A stretch of 33,919 bases of DNA from an uncultured Verrucomicrobiales bacterium (GTDB taxonomy: Bacteria > Verrucomicrobiota > Verrucomicrobiia > Verrucomicrobiales > DEV007), in contig CALKOM010000005.1 of assembly GCA_938091905.1 (NCBI GenBank), positions 1 to 33,919 of the forward strand, in the 5' to 3' direction. Below, piece after piece: positions 17,362 through 26,275 of this stretch; the stretch's first letter is position 1, and the number at the start of each line of letters is the position of its first letter. The notes beneath the pieces were generated by a model that worked only from the letters and a program-made list of their open reading frames with translations, was not told the origin of the DNA and ran no database searches. Both the position numbers and the translations under genes were made by a program.

Positions 17362-20120
17362 CCGCTTACTCGTGCCTTGGCCAAGGCGTACTCCGGATAA
17401 GTTTTCAGGTCTTCGCGCGCGACAAACTCTCGGTAGACTTCTTGCGCCTTCTCGGCTTCACCTAATTTCTCTAACAATTGTCCACGCGACCAGTAGGCCG
17501 TCGAGACCAAGGGCGCATAGCGCCCATAGACTAAATAGACGCGCTCGAAGTAGGCCAGGGCTTTGTTCTCCTCTTTGCCCTCGGCCAACCATTGGCCAAT
17601 GCGCATGAGAGCTTCTGCTTTCTGACCGCTAGTAACTGATTTCTCAGCTAACAGACCATCTAGCGTCTTAAGACCAGCGCCACGATCTCCGGCAAGGTCC
17701 TGACAAGAGGCTTTGACCAAGAGCAGCTGACCTAAAGGAACGACGCCACTTTGTCGACGTTCAACGCGAGAGAAATGACCCAGCGCTTTCGCATAATCTC
17801 TCGCCCGCATTGCTTCTTCGCCCAGGCCAACCTCGGCTCGATCACGCTCAAGCGCCTTCGGATGCCACTTGACAATGTCTTGATAGATAGTTGCCGCTTC
17901 TGGCATCGCTTCCGTCTGCGCAAAGGCGTCTGCCACATCCACCAACAAACGCGCGCTATGAATCTCGGGATTCAGTTCCGGCGCCATCTGCCGCAAGAAC
18001 ACGGCCGCCTGCGCAGGTGAACGCCCTTGGAGAAGCATGCCTCTGGCCCACAGGCAGCACATCGCATAAGTCGCCTGTTTCGATTCCAAGGCCTCGACAC
18101 GCTTCGACTCCCACGCCTTGCTCAATGTCTCCCGCTCATCGCTATCATAGAGTTTCTGCAAGCCCAAGATCAAGTCCAGCACCGTAGACTTCTCAGCATC
18201 ATCACCATACTCGTCCAAGGCTTTCCAATAAGCCAACCGGGCTCCCTCGAGGTCGCCTGCGTGCTGCTTCAACCATGCAAGGTGATGCAAAGCTTCGGGC
18301 AAGCGAGCACTTTTAGGGTAGGCCTCGACGAAGTTCTGGTAATGAGCCGCCATGTCTTCGTAGCGCTCACTCAGTTTCAGTGCTTTGCCTGACTTGAAAT
18401 AGCCTTCTTCAAAAAAGCGAGTCGATTCGGGAGACACAGAAGCATATGCAGCCATTCCGTCCTCCAATTCACCTTGGGCAAAGTAGGCATCGCCTAGCAG
18501 AAGCTTAGCCTCATCTGCATAGGAGCTATCAACATGGTTTTTGATAAACGCTGTCAGACTTATAATTCCTTGATCGTACAAGGCCAACGCGTGCTCCGAG
18601 AAAGCAATTCGAAACGTGGCATCGACGTGGTAGTAGCCCTGCGGGTGTTTCTTAAGTAGACCTTGCATTAACGACAGACAGCGCTCGTGCTCGCCGGCAA
18701 AGGAATGAGCCATGCCTTCCCAATACTTCGCGCCTTCAACCAGTGCTAGTTTGTCAGGAAAGGACACAGGCACACCTCGAAACACCTGGATCGCTTCAGG
18801 ATAACGATCCAACTGAAGCAAACAAATCCCCCGCATGAAGGACGCGTTCGAAGCCATCTCCCCCTTGGGATAACGCTGCAGGCAATCGTTAAAAACCTCG
18901 AGTGCCGCATCATAGTTCCGCGCGCTCTGCCACGCCTGCCCTTTCATGAACAATACGGTGGCGGAACTCTTCGCCTCATAACCAAAGCGCTTCAGATACC
19001 TATCTGAAGAAGCAGCGGCACGATCCCACCTCGACTCCTGCATCCAACATTGGACCAGATTGACCGAAGCGCCTTCGACGATCTCGTTTAGCTCCATCTC
19101 AGCTAGCATGCCTTCCATGATCAGCGCGCCCTGCCGATACCGCTGCAGCCCTAGGTAAGCACTCGCAAGCCGCATCCGTAAGGCTTCATTGTAATGCTCC
19201 ACCTTGGAAAAGTGCTCCAGCTCACGGGTGATCCGTGTGAGAACGCCATCTAACTGAAAGACCAAAGCATCGGCATTTCCACGCGCTTTCAACATGCGCA
19301 GACGTCTCTCCAACCGCTCCTGCCGACTCGTCTGGAGATCGAGCAACTGCTGCTGAGGCCAGACATAGTGAAAGCAACGGATCGCTTCATAGTATTGTTC
19401 TTCATCGAGCAATCGCGAGCCTAGCTGCAGAATGAGCGACTGAAGCCCAATAATCTGCACAAACTGATCAAACTTCTCCGACGCACGCAGTGTTAGCGCA
19501 ACGGCCTCTTCCAATTCATCTGTTTGTATGAGCGCGTGAAGCTGCAAGGTGATCATGCGCGCCGCAGCCTCAGGAGCATTCGCTTCAAGCTCCTCAACCC
19601 GAGACCGGAAGAAGGCGATAGCATCAGGATACTGTTCCTGAATCAAATACCCTGTCCCAAAGAGAATGGCGGCTTCGATCCGGCGCGGATCCGTCTTTGG
19701 CGCGTGTTTGTAATAGGTCCCAAAGGATACTTGTGCTTTTGCATGGTCAGCTGCCTGCAACTGACACACCCCTTGCCAAAACGTGAGTTCAAGTCGCATC
19801 GCTTGATCGACTCCCTCCGTTCCTAGCACTTGCTTGATGACGCCCAACGCTTCACCAAACTCACGTATGCGAATCAAACAGATGGCAAAGAGCGGCCGCA
19901 CAGCGTGAACGGCTTCCTGCGCTTCCCCGGAATCGCCATAGTCCGTGAGGAAGGTTCCAAAGTGTGCCTGCGCCGTCTCGTAGTCACGCTGACCGTAGGC
20001 TGCTTGCCCGGCTTGGACTAACTCAAGCGCCGTCATCGGCTCGCTCTTTTCCACCGCTCTACTCTGCGGGGCGAAGAGCGCCAGAGAGAGCATGAACAAC
20101 AATGTGAGAAGAAGCCTCAT
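17358..20120 (-). CDS. Large exported tetratricopeptide-repeat protein (BamD/CpoB-like repeats)
   Basis: Signal peptide (MRLLLTLLFMLSLALFAP). Many TPR units ending in RYPKG, SFPDK, KHPQG, AYPKS. Start is ATG 20120 or GTG 20141. Confidence 0.85.
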   Translation of the reverse strand: MRLLLTLLFMLSLALFAPQSRAVEKSEPMTALELVQAGQAAYGQRDYETAQAHFGTFLTDYGDSGEAQEAVHAVRPLFAICLIRIREFGEALGVIKQVLGTEGVDQAMRLELTFWQGVCQLQAADHAKAQVSFGTYYKHAPKTDPRRIEAAILFGTGYLIQEQYPDAIAFFRSRVEELEANAPEAAARMITLQLHALIQTDELEEAVALTLRASEKFDQFVQIIGLQSLILQLGSRLLDEEQYYEAIRCFHYVWPQQQLLDLQTSRQERLERRLRMLKARGNADALVFQLDGVLTRITRELEHFSKVEHYNEALRMRLASAYLGLQRYRQGALIMEGMLAEMELNEIVEGASVNLVQCWMQESRWDRAAASSDRYLKRFGYEAKSSATVLFMKGQAWQSARNYDAALEVFNDCLQRYPKGEMASNASFMRGICLLQLDRYPEAIQVFRGVPVSFPDKLALVEGAKYWEGMAHSFAGEHERCLSLMQGLLKKHPQGYYHVDATFRIAFSEHALALYDQGIISLTAFIKNHVDSSYADEAKLLLGDAYFAQGELEDGMAAYASVSPESTRFFEEGYFKSGKALKLSERYEDMAAHYQNFVEAYPKSARLPEALHHLAWLKQHAGDLEGARLAYWKALDEYGDDAEKSTVLDLILGLQKLYDSDERETLSKAWESKRVEALESKQATYAMCCLWARGMLLQGRSPAQAAVFLRQMAPELNPEIHSARLLVDVADAFAQTEAMPEAATIYQDIVKWHPKALERDRAEVGLGEEAMRARDYAKALGHFSRVERRQSGVVPLGQLLLVKASCQDLAGDRGAGLKTLDGLLAEKSVTSGQKAEALMRIGQWLAEGKEENKALAYFERVYLVYGRYAPLVSTAYWSRGQLLEKLGEAEKAQEVYREFVAREDLKTYPEYALAKARVSG

Positions 20121-20231
20121 ACGATTTGAGGTGATCCTCACACAGACTCGAAGATGGCGTCAACTCGCCATTCTTGGATTCTTACAATGGTCGGCGACTA
20201 TCACCCATTCGACTCCGGCAGGATGCCAGAG

Positions 20232-21137
20232 CTACCTTTCAGCTTGGCCTCGCTGTGTGGGACTGAGCCAGTTCAGTGCTTTCTTGGGATCGACGCGGCA
20301 CCAAGCGTTCACTTTGGTTGCCTGCGCCCCATTGAGATCAAGCTTAGCAAAGACAGTGCCCTGAAGTTGTCGTCGCTGGTCGCTCACTGGCGCTTTCCCA
20401 TAGTCTTTCGAAAAACGCACGGTCTTGGCACCCTTCACACTCGCGGATCGCTTCTCCAGGTAGACTTGTTCTGCACAACTTAACTTGCTTGCTTTGCTAA
20501 TTAAACTCCTCAACGTCAACCGGCTTGGGTCGAAGGTAACTAAGGTAACCTCATGCCCATCGATAAACCCTGCTTCGGTTTCTAACACACCATCTAACTG
20601 TCCTAGCTTCATTTCGCCGGTCCAGAAACAATGCATGGCTAGAGCGACTTGAGATTTCCGGGAAGTGTCGAGATGATCATCGGCGAGAGCTTGCAAGTAA
20701 TTCGGCACAGGACGCTTTGCCGCCTTGAGAGAGGCGAGTATGCGGCGAGCCAACGGTCCTGTTGCCCACACCTTGTCTTGCCGCGGAATGAGATCCTTCC
20801 CCTTGGCGGTCAGGAAACGAACGACTTGGTAATTCCAAGCAGATTCACCAAACCGCTTGAGAATCTTGGCATCAGCACCAGGGCGGTTGTTGACAATCAG
20901 CAGTGGCACGAAGGCCTCCTCTATCGCGTCGACGAGTAGAGGTTCTGTAAGGACGTTCTGACCGAACGTCTTGCAACCAGCTCAACCCGGTACTTCTTGA
21001 AACAGGGCAAAGATCGGTTTGCTGGATTTCTTGGCAACTGCGACTGCTCTATCGTAGTCGCGCTTCCACGTGACGTTGCCAACCTCCACCGCGTTTCCTG
21101 AGTTCGGTGAATTTGCGGATTGCAGTCCTTTCCCCAT
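20232..21137 (-). CDS. Selenoprotein: thioredoxin-like UxxC domain (VPGU-type) fused to an MsrA-like domain; UGA at 20984-20982 read as Sec
   Basis: The frame of ORF 20232..20909 continues upstream: EVGNVTWKRDYDRAVAVAKKSSKPIFALFQEVPG-TGA-AGCKTFGQNVLTEPLLVDAIEEAFVPLL. The TGA sits at the first Cys position of a Trx CxxC and is followed by a SECIS. The C-terminal half has ALAMHCFWTGE, LDGVLETEAGF and GHEVTLVTFDP (MsrA-like). Start is uncertain (ATG 21137, GTG 21143 or ATA 21182). Confidence 0.88.
20946..20975 (-). promoter_or_regulatory. Bacterial SECIS element
   Basis: mRNA reads UGA GCUGGUUGCAA GACGUUC GGUCA GAACGUC CUUACA. This gives a perfect 7-bp stem with a G-initiated GGUCA loop starting 18 nt after the UGA, plus an imperfect lower stem. 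Confidence 0.85.
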
Positions 21138-21209
21138 GGCCACAAAGGAAACCGCGACGATGATGTAGTCTTGCCAGCGTATGCGAATGAGATGCTTGGT
21201 TATCCTGTT

Positions 21210-21800
21210 CTATTCCCGAGTCCGCTGGCGCAGAGCTTCGAAGAGGGTAACGCCTGTGGCAACAGAGACATTGAGACAATCCACCCGACAATTCAGTGCC
21301 ATCGGAATAGACACAAGGAAATCGCAGTGCTCCCTCGTGAGGCGACGTAGGCCAGTCCCTTCCGCTCCCATGACGATGCCCATCGGGCCTTTGAGATCCA
21401 CATCGTAGAGTGTTTGAGTCGCTTCATCTGCCGTTCCCAACAACCACACGCCCATTTCCTTCACGCGGGCCAAGCACCGCGAGAGATTGGTCACTTGAAC
21501 GAATGGCGTGTGCTCTGTCGCCCCGCAGGCCACCTTGCGAGCTGCTTCCGTTAGGCCGGCAGACTTGTCCTTCGGCACAATCACCGCAAGGACGCCAGCG
21601 GCATCTGCTGAACGCATGCAAGCGCCAAGGTTATGAGGGTCCTGGACACAGTCTAGCACAAGCAGCAGAGGTGCCTCTGCCTGAGCAAGCTGCTCGTAGA
21701 ATTCATCCTCCGTCCAGCAGAGGGCGCTTTTATCGAGGCTTGCGTGCCGGTTAGCCCGTTCCTTGCGTTCGTTCAAAGCGCGCGTCGGACGTCTAGCCAT
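21210..21800 (-). CDS. rlmB: SpoU/TrmH-family 2'-O-ribose RNA methyltransferase, RlmB-like (short form)
   Basis: LLVLDCVQDPHNLGACMRSADAAG, KVACGA, VMGAEGTGLR, LNVSVATGVTLFE. At 196 aa it has little room for the N-terminal RNA-binding domain. Confidence 0.8.
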   Translation of the reverse strand: MARRPTRALNERKERANRHASLDKSALCWTEDEFYEQLAQAEAPLLLVLDCVQDPHNLGACMRSADAAGVLAVIVPKDKSAGLTEAARKVACGATEHTPFVQVTNLSRCLARVKEMGVWLLGTADEATQTLYDVDLKGPMGIVMGAEGTGLRRLTREHCDFLVSIPMALNCRVDCLNVSVATGVTLFEALRQRTRE

Positions 21801-21817
21801 GCAACGAAGATCGAAAC

Positions 21818-22297
21818 CTAGAGGCCAGCGTCAGGAACAAGCGTCTCCACCTTTGTCTCAAGGATCCTGCCATCCACGTAGAGTAGAATACTCTCGTCGG
21901 GGCCATACTTGCTCGTCACTTTCGCCCCTTGCTCAACGATGGGATCCCCAATCAACTCGAAGCGGTCGTGGAAGGCATCATAATAAATCGCTTGGGCACG
22001 ACCCACCGTATTCACCCTAGAATGCAAAGGCACTTGTGTTGACGTTAGCGTTGCTCCACCCTGAGCGGACGCACGCAATACTTGCCGCTTCGTTTGATCA
22101 CGTGTCACACTGATCGCATTACCTTCAAGATGCCAACCACTCATATCGACATAGTTGGCGCCTCTCTCCTCCGGAGGATCCCGCACGACCACATCATCAG
22201 CTTCGATGGAGTAGCCTGCGCTAAAACTGCTTTTGAATGAGGCACAGCTCGCCAAAGCCAACGAGAGCAACACGGTGATGAAGGAAAGAAGACGCAT
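21818..22297 (-). CDS. Lipoprotein, possibly LptA/OstA-like beta-jellyroll
   Basis: MRLLSFITVLLSLALAS-C lipobox from ATG 22297. Beta-rich GRAQAIYYD...FELIGDPIVEQG resembles the LptA C-terminal strands. The fold call is weak. Confidence 0.6.
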   Translation of the reverse strand: MRLLSFITVLLSLALASCASFKSSFSAGYSIEADDVVVRDPPEERGANYVDMSGWHLEGNAISVTRDQTKRQVLRASAQGGATLTSTQVPLHSRVNTVGRAQAIYYDAFHDRFELIGDPIVEQGAKVTSKYGPDESILLYVDGRILETKVETLVPDAGL

Positions 22298-22353
22298 GAC
22301 TGAAATTTGCTGGTTATCCACGAGAAGTAAGCGGCAGCCCACCTCGTCTTTGT

Positions 22354-22923
22354 TTAATTGCGAGCTCGAGGTTCGCGACTGATGGACCCGGCCGTGGATG
22401 GCTGGGTGACAAAGGGCCCCCCCTCGAGGGGTGCGACCCCAGTGAATGCGACGTCAGGCATCTCACTCGGCTTGCCCGCGAGCGGAAATTCCTTCCGGAG
22501 CGGATAGAACGGGTAGCCTTCCCACATGAGGATACGGCGCAAGTCCGGGTGATCAACGAATTTGATGCCCATCATGTCGTAGACTTCGCGCTCATGCCAA
22601 TTGGCAGTCGCCCAGAGATCGGTGACGGTTGGCACCACAAGGTTGTCCTCGGATACAGAAGTTCGGACACGCAAATACACCTTGGCGCTGAGCGAGTAGA
22701 GTTCGTAGACCATCTCGAATCGAGGCTCTTCGCCCAGGTGATCAAGGCTGGAAACATCAGTCAGCGTATCGAAACCAAGCTTGCCTTGGCAATGCGCGAG
22801 GATGTCGTGGAGCTTCTCGAGACTTACCACGAGGGTGTGCTCGTCGCGGAATTCTACCGTGGACAGAATGGCTTTTCCAAACTGGGATTTCAGGGTCTGG
22901 GCTGCGTTGCTTGCCATCGTCAT
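22354..22923 (-). CDS. nuoC: NADH-quinone oxidoreductase subunit C
   Basis: RFEMVYEL, ANWHEREVYDMMGIKFVDHPDLRRILM, YPLRKEFP. Confidence 0.95.
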   Translation of the reverse strand: MTMASNAAQTLKSQFGKAILSTVEFRDEHTLVVSLEKLHDILAHCQGKLGFDTLTDVSSLDHLGEEPRFEMVYELYSLSAKVYLRVRTSVSEDNLVVPTVTDLWATANWHEREVYDMMGIKFVDHPDLRRILMWEGYPFYPLRKEFPLAGKPSEMPDVAFTGVAPLEGGPFVTQPSTAGSISREPRARN

Positions 22924-22927
22924 CTCT

Positions 22928-23503
22928 TTAAACCTTGGCGAGTTGCGAAAGGAGTTCCTTCTTCTGTTCTACGAAGGATGGCTCCTCGTCAATCTTCCGC
23001 TGTAAACGGAGCATGCCCTCAATCAGCGCCTCAGGACGCGGCGGGCAGCCGGAAATGTAGATGTCCACAGGGATCAGTTGATCGATTCCCTGAAGGACAG
23101 CGTAGCTCCGATACATGCCACCGCTGGAAGCACAGGCTCCCATCGCAATCACCCACTTAGGTTCAGGCATCTGGTCGTAGATTCGCTTCACCGCGAGCGC
23201 CATCTTGTAAGTCACCGTGCCAGAAACGATCATGACGTCAGCCTGGCGAGGCGAGAAACGCATGACCTCGGCTCCAAATCGGGAGATATCAAAGCGAGAC
23301 GCTCCTGTGGCCATGAGCTCGATCGCGCAACAGGCGAGGCCCATAGGCATCGGCCAAAGCGAGTTCTTCCGCATCCAGTTGATCGCCGTATCAAGGCGGG
23401 TAAAAATGACATTTCCCTCGATCTTGGAATCGTAGGCGGCCTCAGCTGGAGCAAGTTCGGTATCCACAGGTAATAAAACGTTCATGAGCGAGGAATCGCT
23501 CAT
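22928..23503 (-). CDS. nuoB: NADH-quinone oxidoreductase subunit B
   Basis: [49 protein letters not shown]. Start is 23503 or 23485; the ORF-track start at 23551 falls inside the operator palindrome. Confidence 0.96.
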   Translation of the reverse strand: MSDSSLMNVLLPVDTELAPAEAAYDSKIEGNVIFTRLDTAINWMRKNSLWPMPMGLACCAIELMATGASRFDISRFGAEVMRFSPRQADVMIVSGTVTYKMALAVKRIYDQMPEPKWVIAMGACASSGGMYRSYAVLQGIDQLIPVDIYISGCPPRPEALIEGMLRLQRKIDEEPSFVEQKKELLSQLAKV

Positions 23504-23540
23504 CAAAAGCCTAGATTCCGCCAGAAGCCTCGCAAGCCCT

Positions 23541-23558
23541 TTGTGAAACATTTCACAA
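23541..23558. promoter_or_regulatory. Rex-type operator (NADH/NAD+-sensing repressor site)
   Basis: Perfect palindrome TTGTGAAA-CA-TTTCACAA matches the Rex consensus TTGTGAA-N4-TTCACAA. It lies 37 nt upstream of the nuoB ATG at 23503, in the divergent promoter region. Confidence 0.8.
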
Positions 23559-23633
23559 GCCCTCAGCGGTCGCGACGATTCCTAGAGAATGGGTTCCATT
23601 ACAGAAGAGAATCTAGTACATCAGCTTTCTTCT

Positions 23634-26261
23634 ATGGCCTCCTACATCCGCATTGCTCTTGCACTCAGCCTCGCTCTCGCCGCCGCTTCAGGCGAGGAAC
23701 TCCGGAGCCGGATCGGTCTGATGGCCCTGTATGATTTCAATGAGAGCCAGGGTACCGACATCAAAGACGTGGCTGGCGTCGGCGCTCCACTCGACCTTGA
23801 GATCGAGAAGATCACCCAGGTGACCCGCCAGAAGGGTGCTCTCAAGGTCACGGCCAGGGCCACGATCAAGTCAAAGAAACCAGCAGCTCGGTTCCAAGCG
23901 GCTGTGAAGCGCACCGGCGAACTCACTCTCGAAACCTGGGTAGAACCCGCCAATCTCAAGCAGAGCGGCCCTGCGCGTATTGTCACCCTGTCCAAAGATG
24001 GCAGCAACCGGAACCTAACCTTGGGCCAGGAGGGCAATCAATTCTCCGTTCGGATGCGGACGAAGAAGACCAGCGCTAACGGCATTCCATCCGTCGATTC
24101 TGACAAAGGCACCGTCAAGACAGCTCTGACACACGTCGTCTACACCCGCGACCGCAGTGGCCGAACCCACCTCTACCTTAACGGCGAGAAAGTAGAAGAG
24201 AAAACCATCGATGGCAGCACGAGCAATTGGGCACGGGATTACCATCTCGGCTTGGCCAATGAGATGAGCAATGATCGCCCCTGGCTAGGAACGTTTCACT
24301 TGGTCGCACTCTATAGCCGCGACCTCCTTCCCCACGAAGTGCGCAATCACTTTCAGTTAGGCCCCGATGCAGAAACAGCACCCGCTCCTGAGCTGGTCAA
24401 AGTCGATCCCAATGAGCAACTTTTCGACGAAGCCATCGCGCCGATCTTCGCCAAGCATTGTCTCGAGTGTCACGACGCCGCGACGAACAAAGGGAAGCTG
24501 GATTTGTCTAGCAAAGTGGCCGCTACAAAGGGGGGCTCTGAAGGCACGGCCATCGAAGCTGGTCACGCCGATCAAAGTCTCTTGTGGGACGTGGTCCAAG
24601 CAGACGAGATGCCTCATGATCGCGAGCCTCTTTCTCCCACCGAGAAGGCCTTGCTCAAAGAATGGATCGATGGCGGGGCAAAGTGGGCCTCGCCGACGAT
24701 CGATCCCCTCGCCCACAAGCGTGACCGGCGGGCCACCGAGAACTGGGTACGCAGACTGACGCTTTCCGAATACATCGATACCGTGCGTAGCTCAGTCGGC
24801 GTCGATATCAGGAAGGAAGCGACCGAACTCCTTCCGAAAGATCTGCGGGCGGATGGCTTCAACAACACGGCCTACAACTTGGGCGTCGATTTCAAACACA
24901 TCGAATCCTATGCCGAGCTAGCTAGCATCATCGTCAGTCGAATGGACATGAAGGCATTCACCAAGCGTTTTAATCGGCGCATTCAGTTCACAGATAAGGC
25001 CATGGCCACGCTTCTACAGCGGATGGGCACCTGGCTCTTGCGAGGCCCGTTGGAAGATCACGAGATCATCGCCTACCGTGGTATTTCCACCACTGTCGCC
25101 AGTGGAGGTGGCTCCTACGAGGAAGCCGCCGCTTACATCGTGGAAGCCATGCTGCAATCTCCCCGCTTCATTTACCAAGTGGAGAATCAACGCGGTGACG
25201 GCCAAGTATGGCCTGTCAGCGAGTATGAGTTAGCGTCGCGCTTGAGCTACATGCTTTGGGGCAGCTCACCTGACAAGACACTCATGGACGGGGCAGAGAA
25301 AGGGCGCCTCTATGACCGGGTCGAAGTCGAGAAAGAAGTCGACCGCATGCTCGACGATCCTCGCACCATCACCCGTTCGCTCGAGTTCGCCAGCCAGTGG
25401 TTGAATCTTGGACGACTACAAAACCTGCGACCCAACGCAGACAAGTTCCCCAGCTGGGATCCAGCCCTAGCAGAAGACATGAAAGCCGAGACCCTAGCCT
25501 TCTTTAAAGAAGTCGTCTGGGAAAACGGCCGTCCTCTCGGCGATCTTTTGAACGCTCCCTACACCTTCACCACACCACGACTTGCGAAGCACTACAATCT
25601 TGCCGTTACGATTGACAATACGCCGAACAGTCTCCAACGCGTTAACTTGGAAAAAGACAAAGCCCGCGGCGGACTTCTCACGCATGGCAGCATCCTCACG
25701 ATCGGCGGCGATGAAGCCTCCACCGTAACACGTGGTCTCTTCGTCCTCCATGACCTTCTACGCAGCGGAGTAAATGATCCCCCGCCTGGGGTGGACACCA
25801 CCCCCGTACCATCCGAACCCGACCGCACCCAGCGCTCCATTGCGGAAGAGCGTATCCAAAGCAAGTCCTGTGGAGGCTGTCATCAGAAGTTTGAGCCTCT
25901 CGCCTTTGGCATGAGCAAATTTGACGGACTTGGCACGTTCTTGGAGAAAGATCACTTTGGCAATGCACTCCAAGACGATGGCGAGATCCTCTTCCCGGGC
26001 GATTCGAAAGCCATTCCCTTCCAGTCGTCAGCCGAGCTGATGGACTTGTTAGCCAAAAGTTCCTTGGTGCAAGAGAATCTCACGTGGAAAGTCGCCCAGT
26101 TTGCCCTCGGTCGACCGCTGGTCGGCAGCGACACCCCACACATCAAGGAGATCCATGCCCAAGCGCAGAAAGAGGGTGGCACCTACAAAGCCATTCTCAA
26201 AGCCATCGCTCTCAGCGACTACATCCAGAGCACACGCACTGAAGCCACAAACGAATCCTAA
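23634..26261 (+). CDS. Exported LamG + planctomycete cytochrome c + DUF1587/DUF1592/DUF1588-type multidomain protein
   Basis: Signal peptide from ATG 23634. LamG motifs (ALYDF, LTLETWV, THVVYT, LYLNG). Heme motifs CLECH and CGGCH. Also VRRLTLSEY, MLQSPRFIY, ELASRLSYMLW and RGGLLTHGSIL. Confidence 0.88.
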   Translation: MASYIRIALALSLALAAASGEELRSRIGLMALYDFNESQGTDIKDVAGVGAPLDLEIEKITQVTRQKGALKVTARATIKSKKPAARFQAAVKRTGELTLETWVEPANLKQSGPARIVTLSKDGSNRNLTLGQEGNQFSVRMRTKKTSANGIPSVDSDKGTVKTALTHVVYTRDRSGRTHLYLNGEKVEEKTIDGSTSNWARDYHLGLANEMSNDRPWLGTFHLVALYSRDLLPHEVRNHFQLGPDAETAPAPELVKVDPNEQLFDEAIAPIFAKHCLECHDAATNKGKLDLSSKVAATKGGSEGTAIEAGHADQSLLWDVVQADEMPHDREPLSPTEKALLKEWIDGGAKWASPTIDPLAHKRDRRATENWVRRLTLSEYIDTVRSSVGVDIRKEATELLPKDLRADGFNNTAYNLGVDFKHIESYAELASIIVSRMDMKAFTKRFNRRIQFTDKAMATLLQRMGTWLLRGPLEDHEIIAYRGISTTVASGGGSYEEAAAYIVEAMLQSPRFIYQVENQRGDGQVWPVSEYELASRLSYMLWGSSPDKTLMDGAEKGRLYDRVEVEKEVDRMLDDPRTITRSLEFASQWLNLGRLQNLRPNADKFPSWDPALAEDMKAETLAFFKEVVWENGRPLGDLLNAPYTFTTPRLAKHYNLAVTIDNTPNSLQRVNLEKDKARGGLLTHGSILTIGGDEASTVTRGLFVLHDLLRSGVNDPPPGVDTTPVPSEPDRTQRSIAEERIQSKSCGGCHQKFEPLAFGMSKFDGLGTFLEKDHFGNALQDDGEILFPGDSKAIPFQSSAELMDLLAKSSLVQENLTWKVAQFALGRPLVGSDTPHIKEIHAQAQKEGGTYKAILKAIALSDYIQSTRTEATNES

Positions 26262-26275
26262 CTGAACGCTAAATC

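Noticed and set aside
20921..21145. 74-aa ORF, or a pseudogene reading of the Trx-like gene
   Set aside because: It is an off-frame overlap. The single TGA falls at the catalytic position and has a SECIS, which favours Sec recoding over a nonsense mutation.
21180..21215. rlmB is in frame with the selenoprotein, separated by one TAG (possible read-through fusion)
   Set aside because: This has a one-in-three chance of occurring, RlmB ends at its normal C-terminus, and I see no recoding signal.
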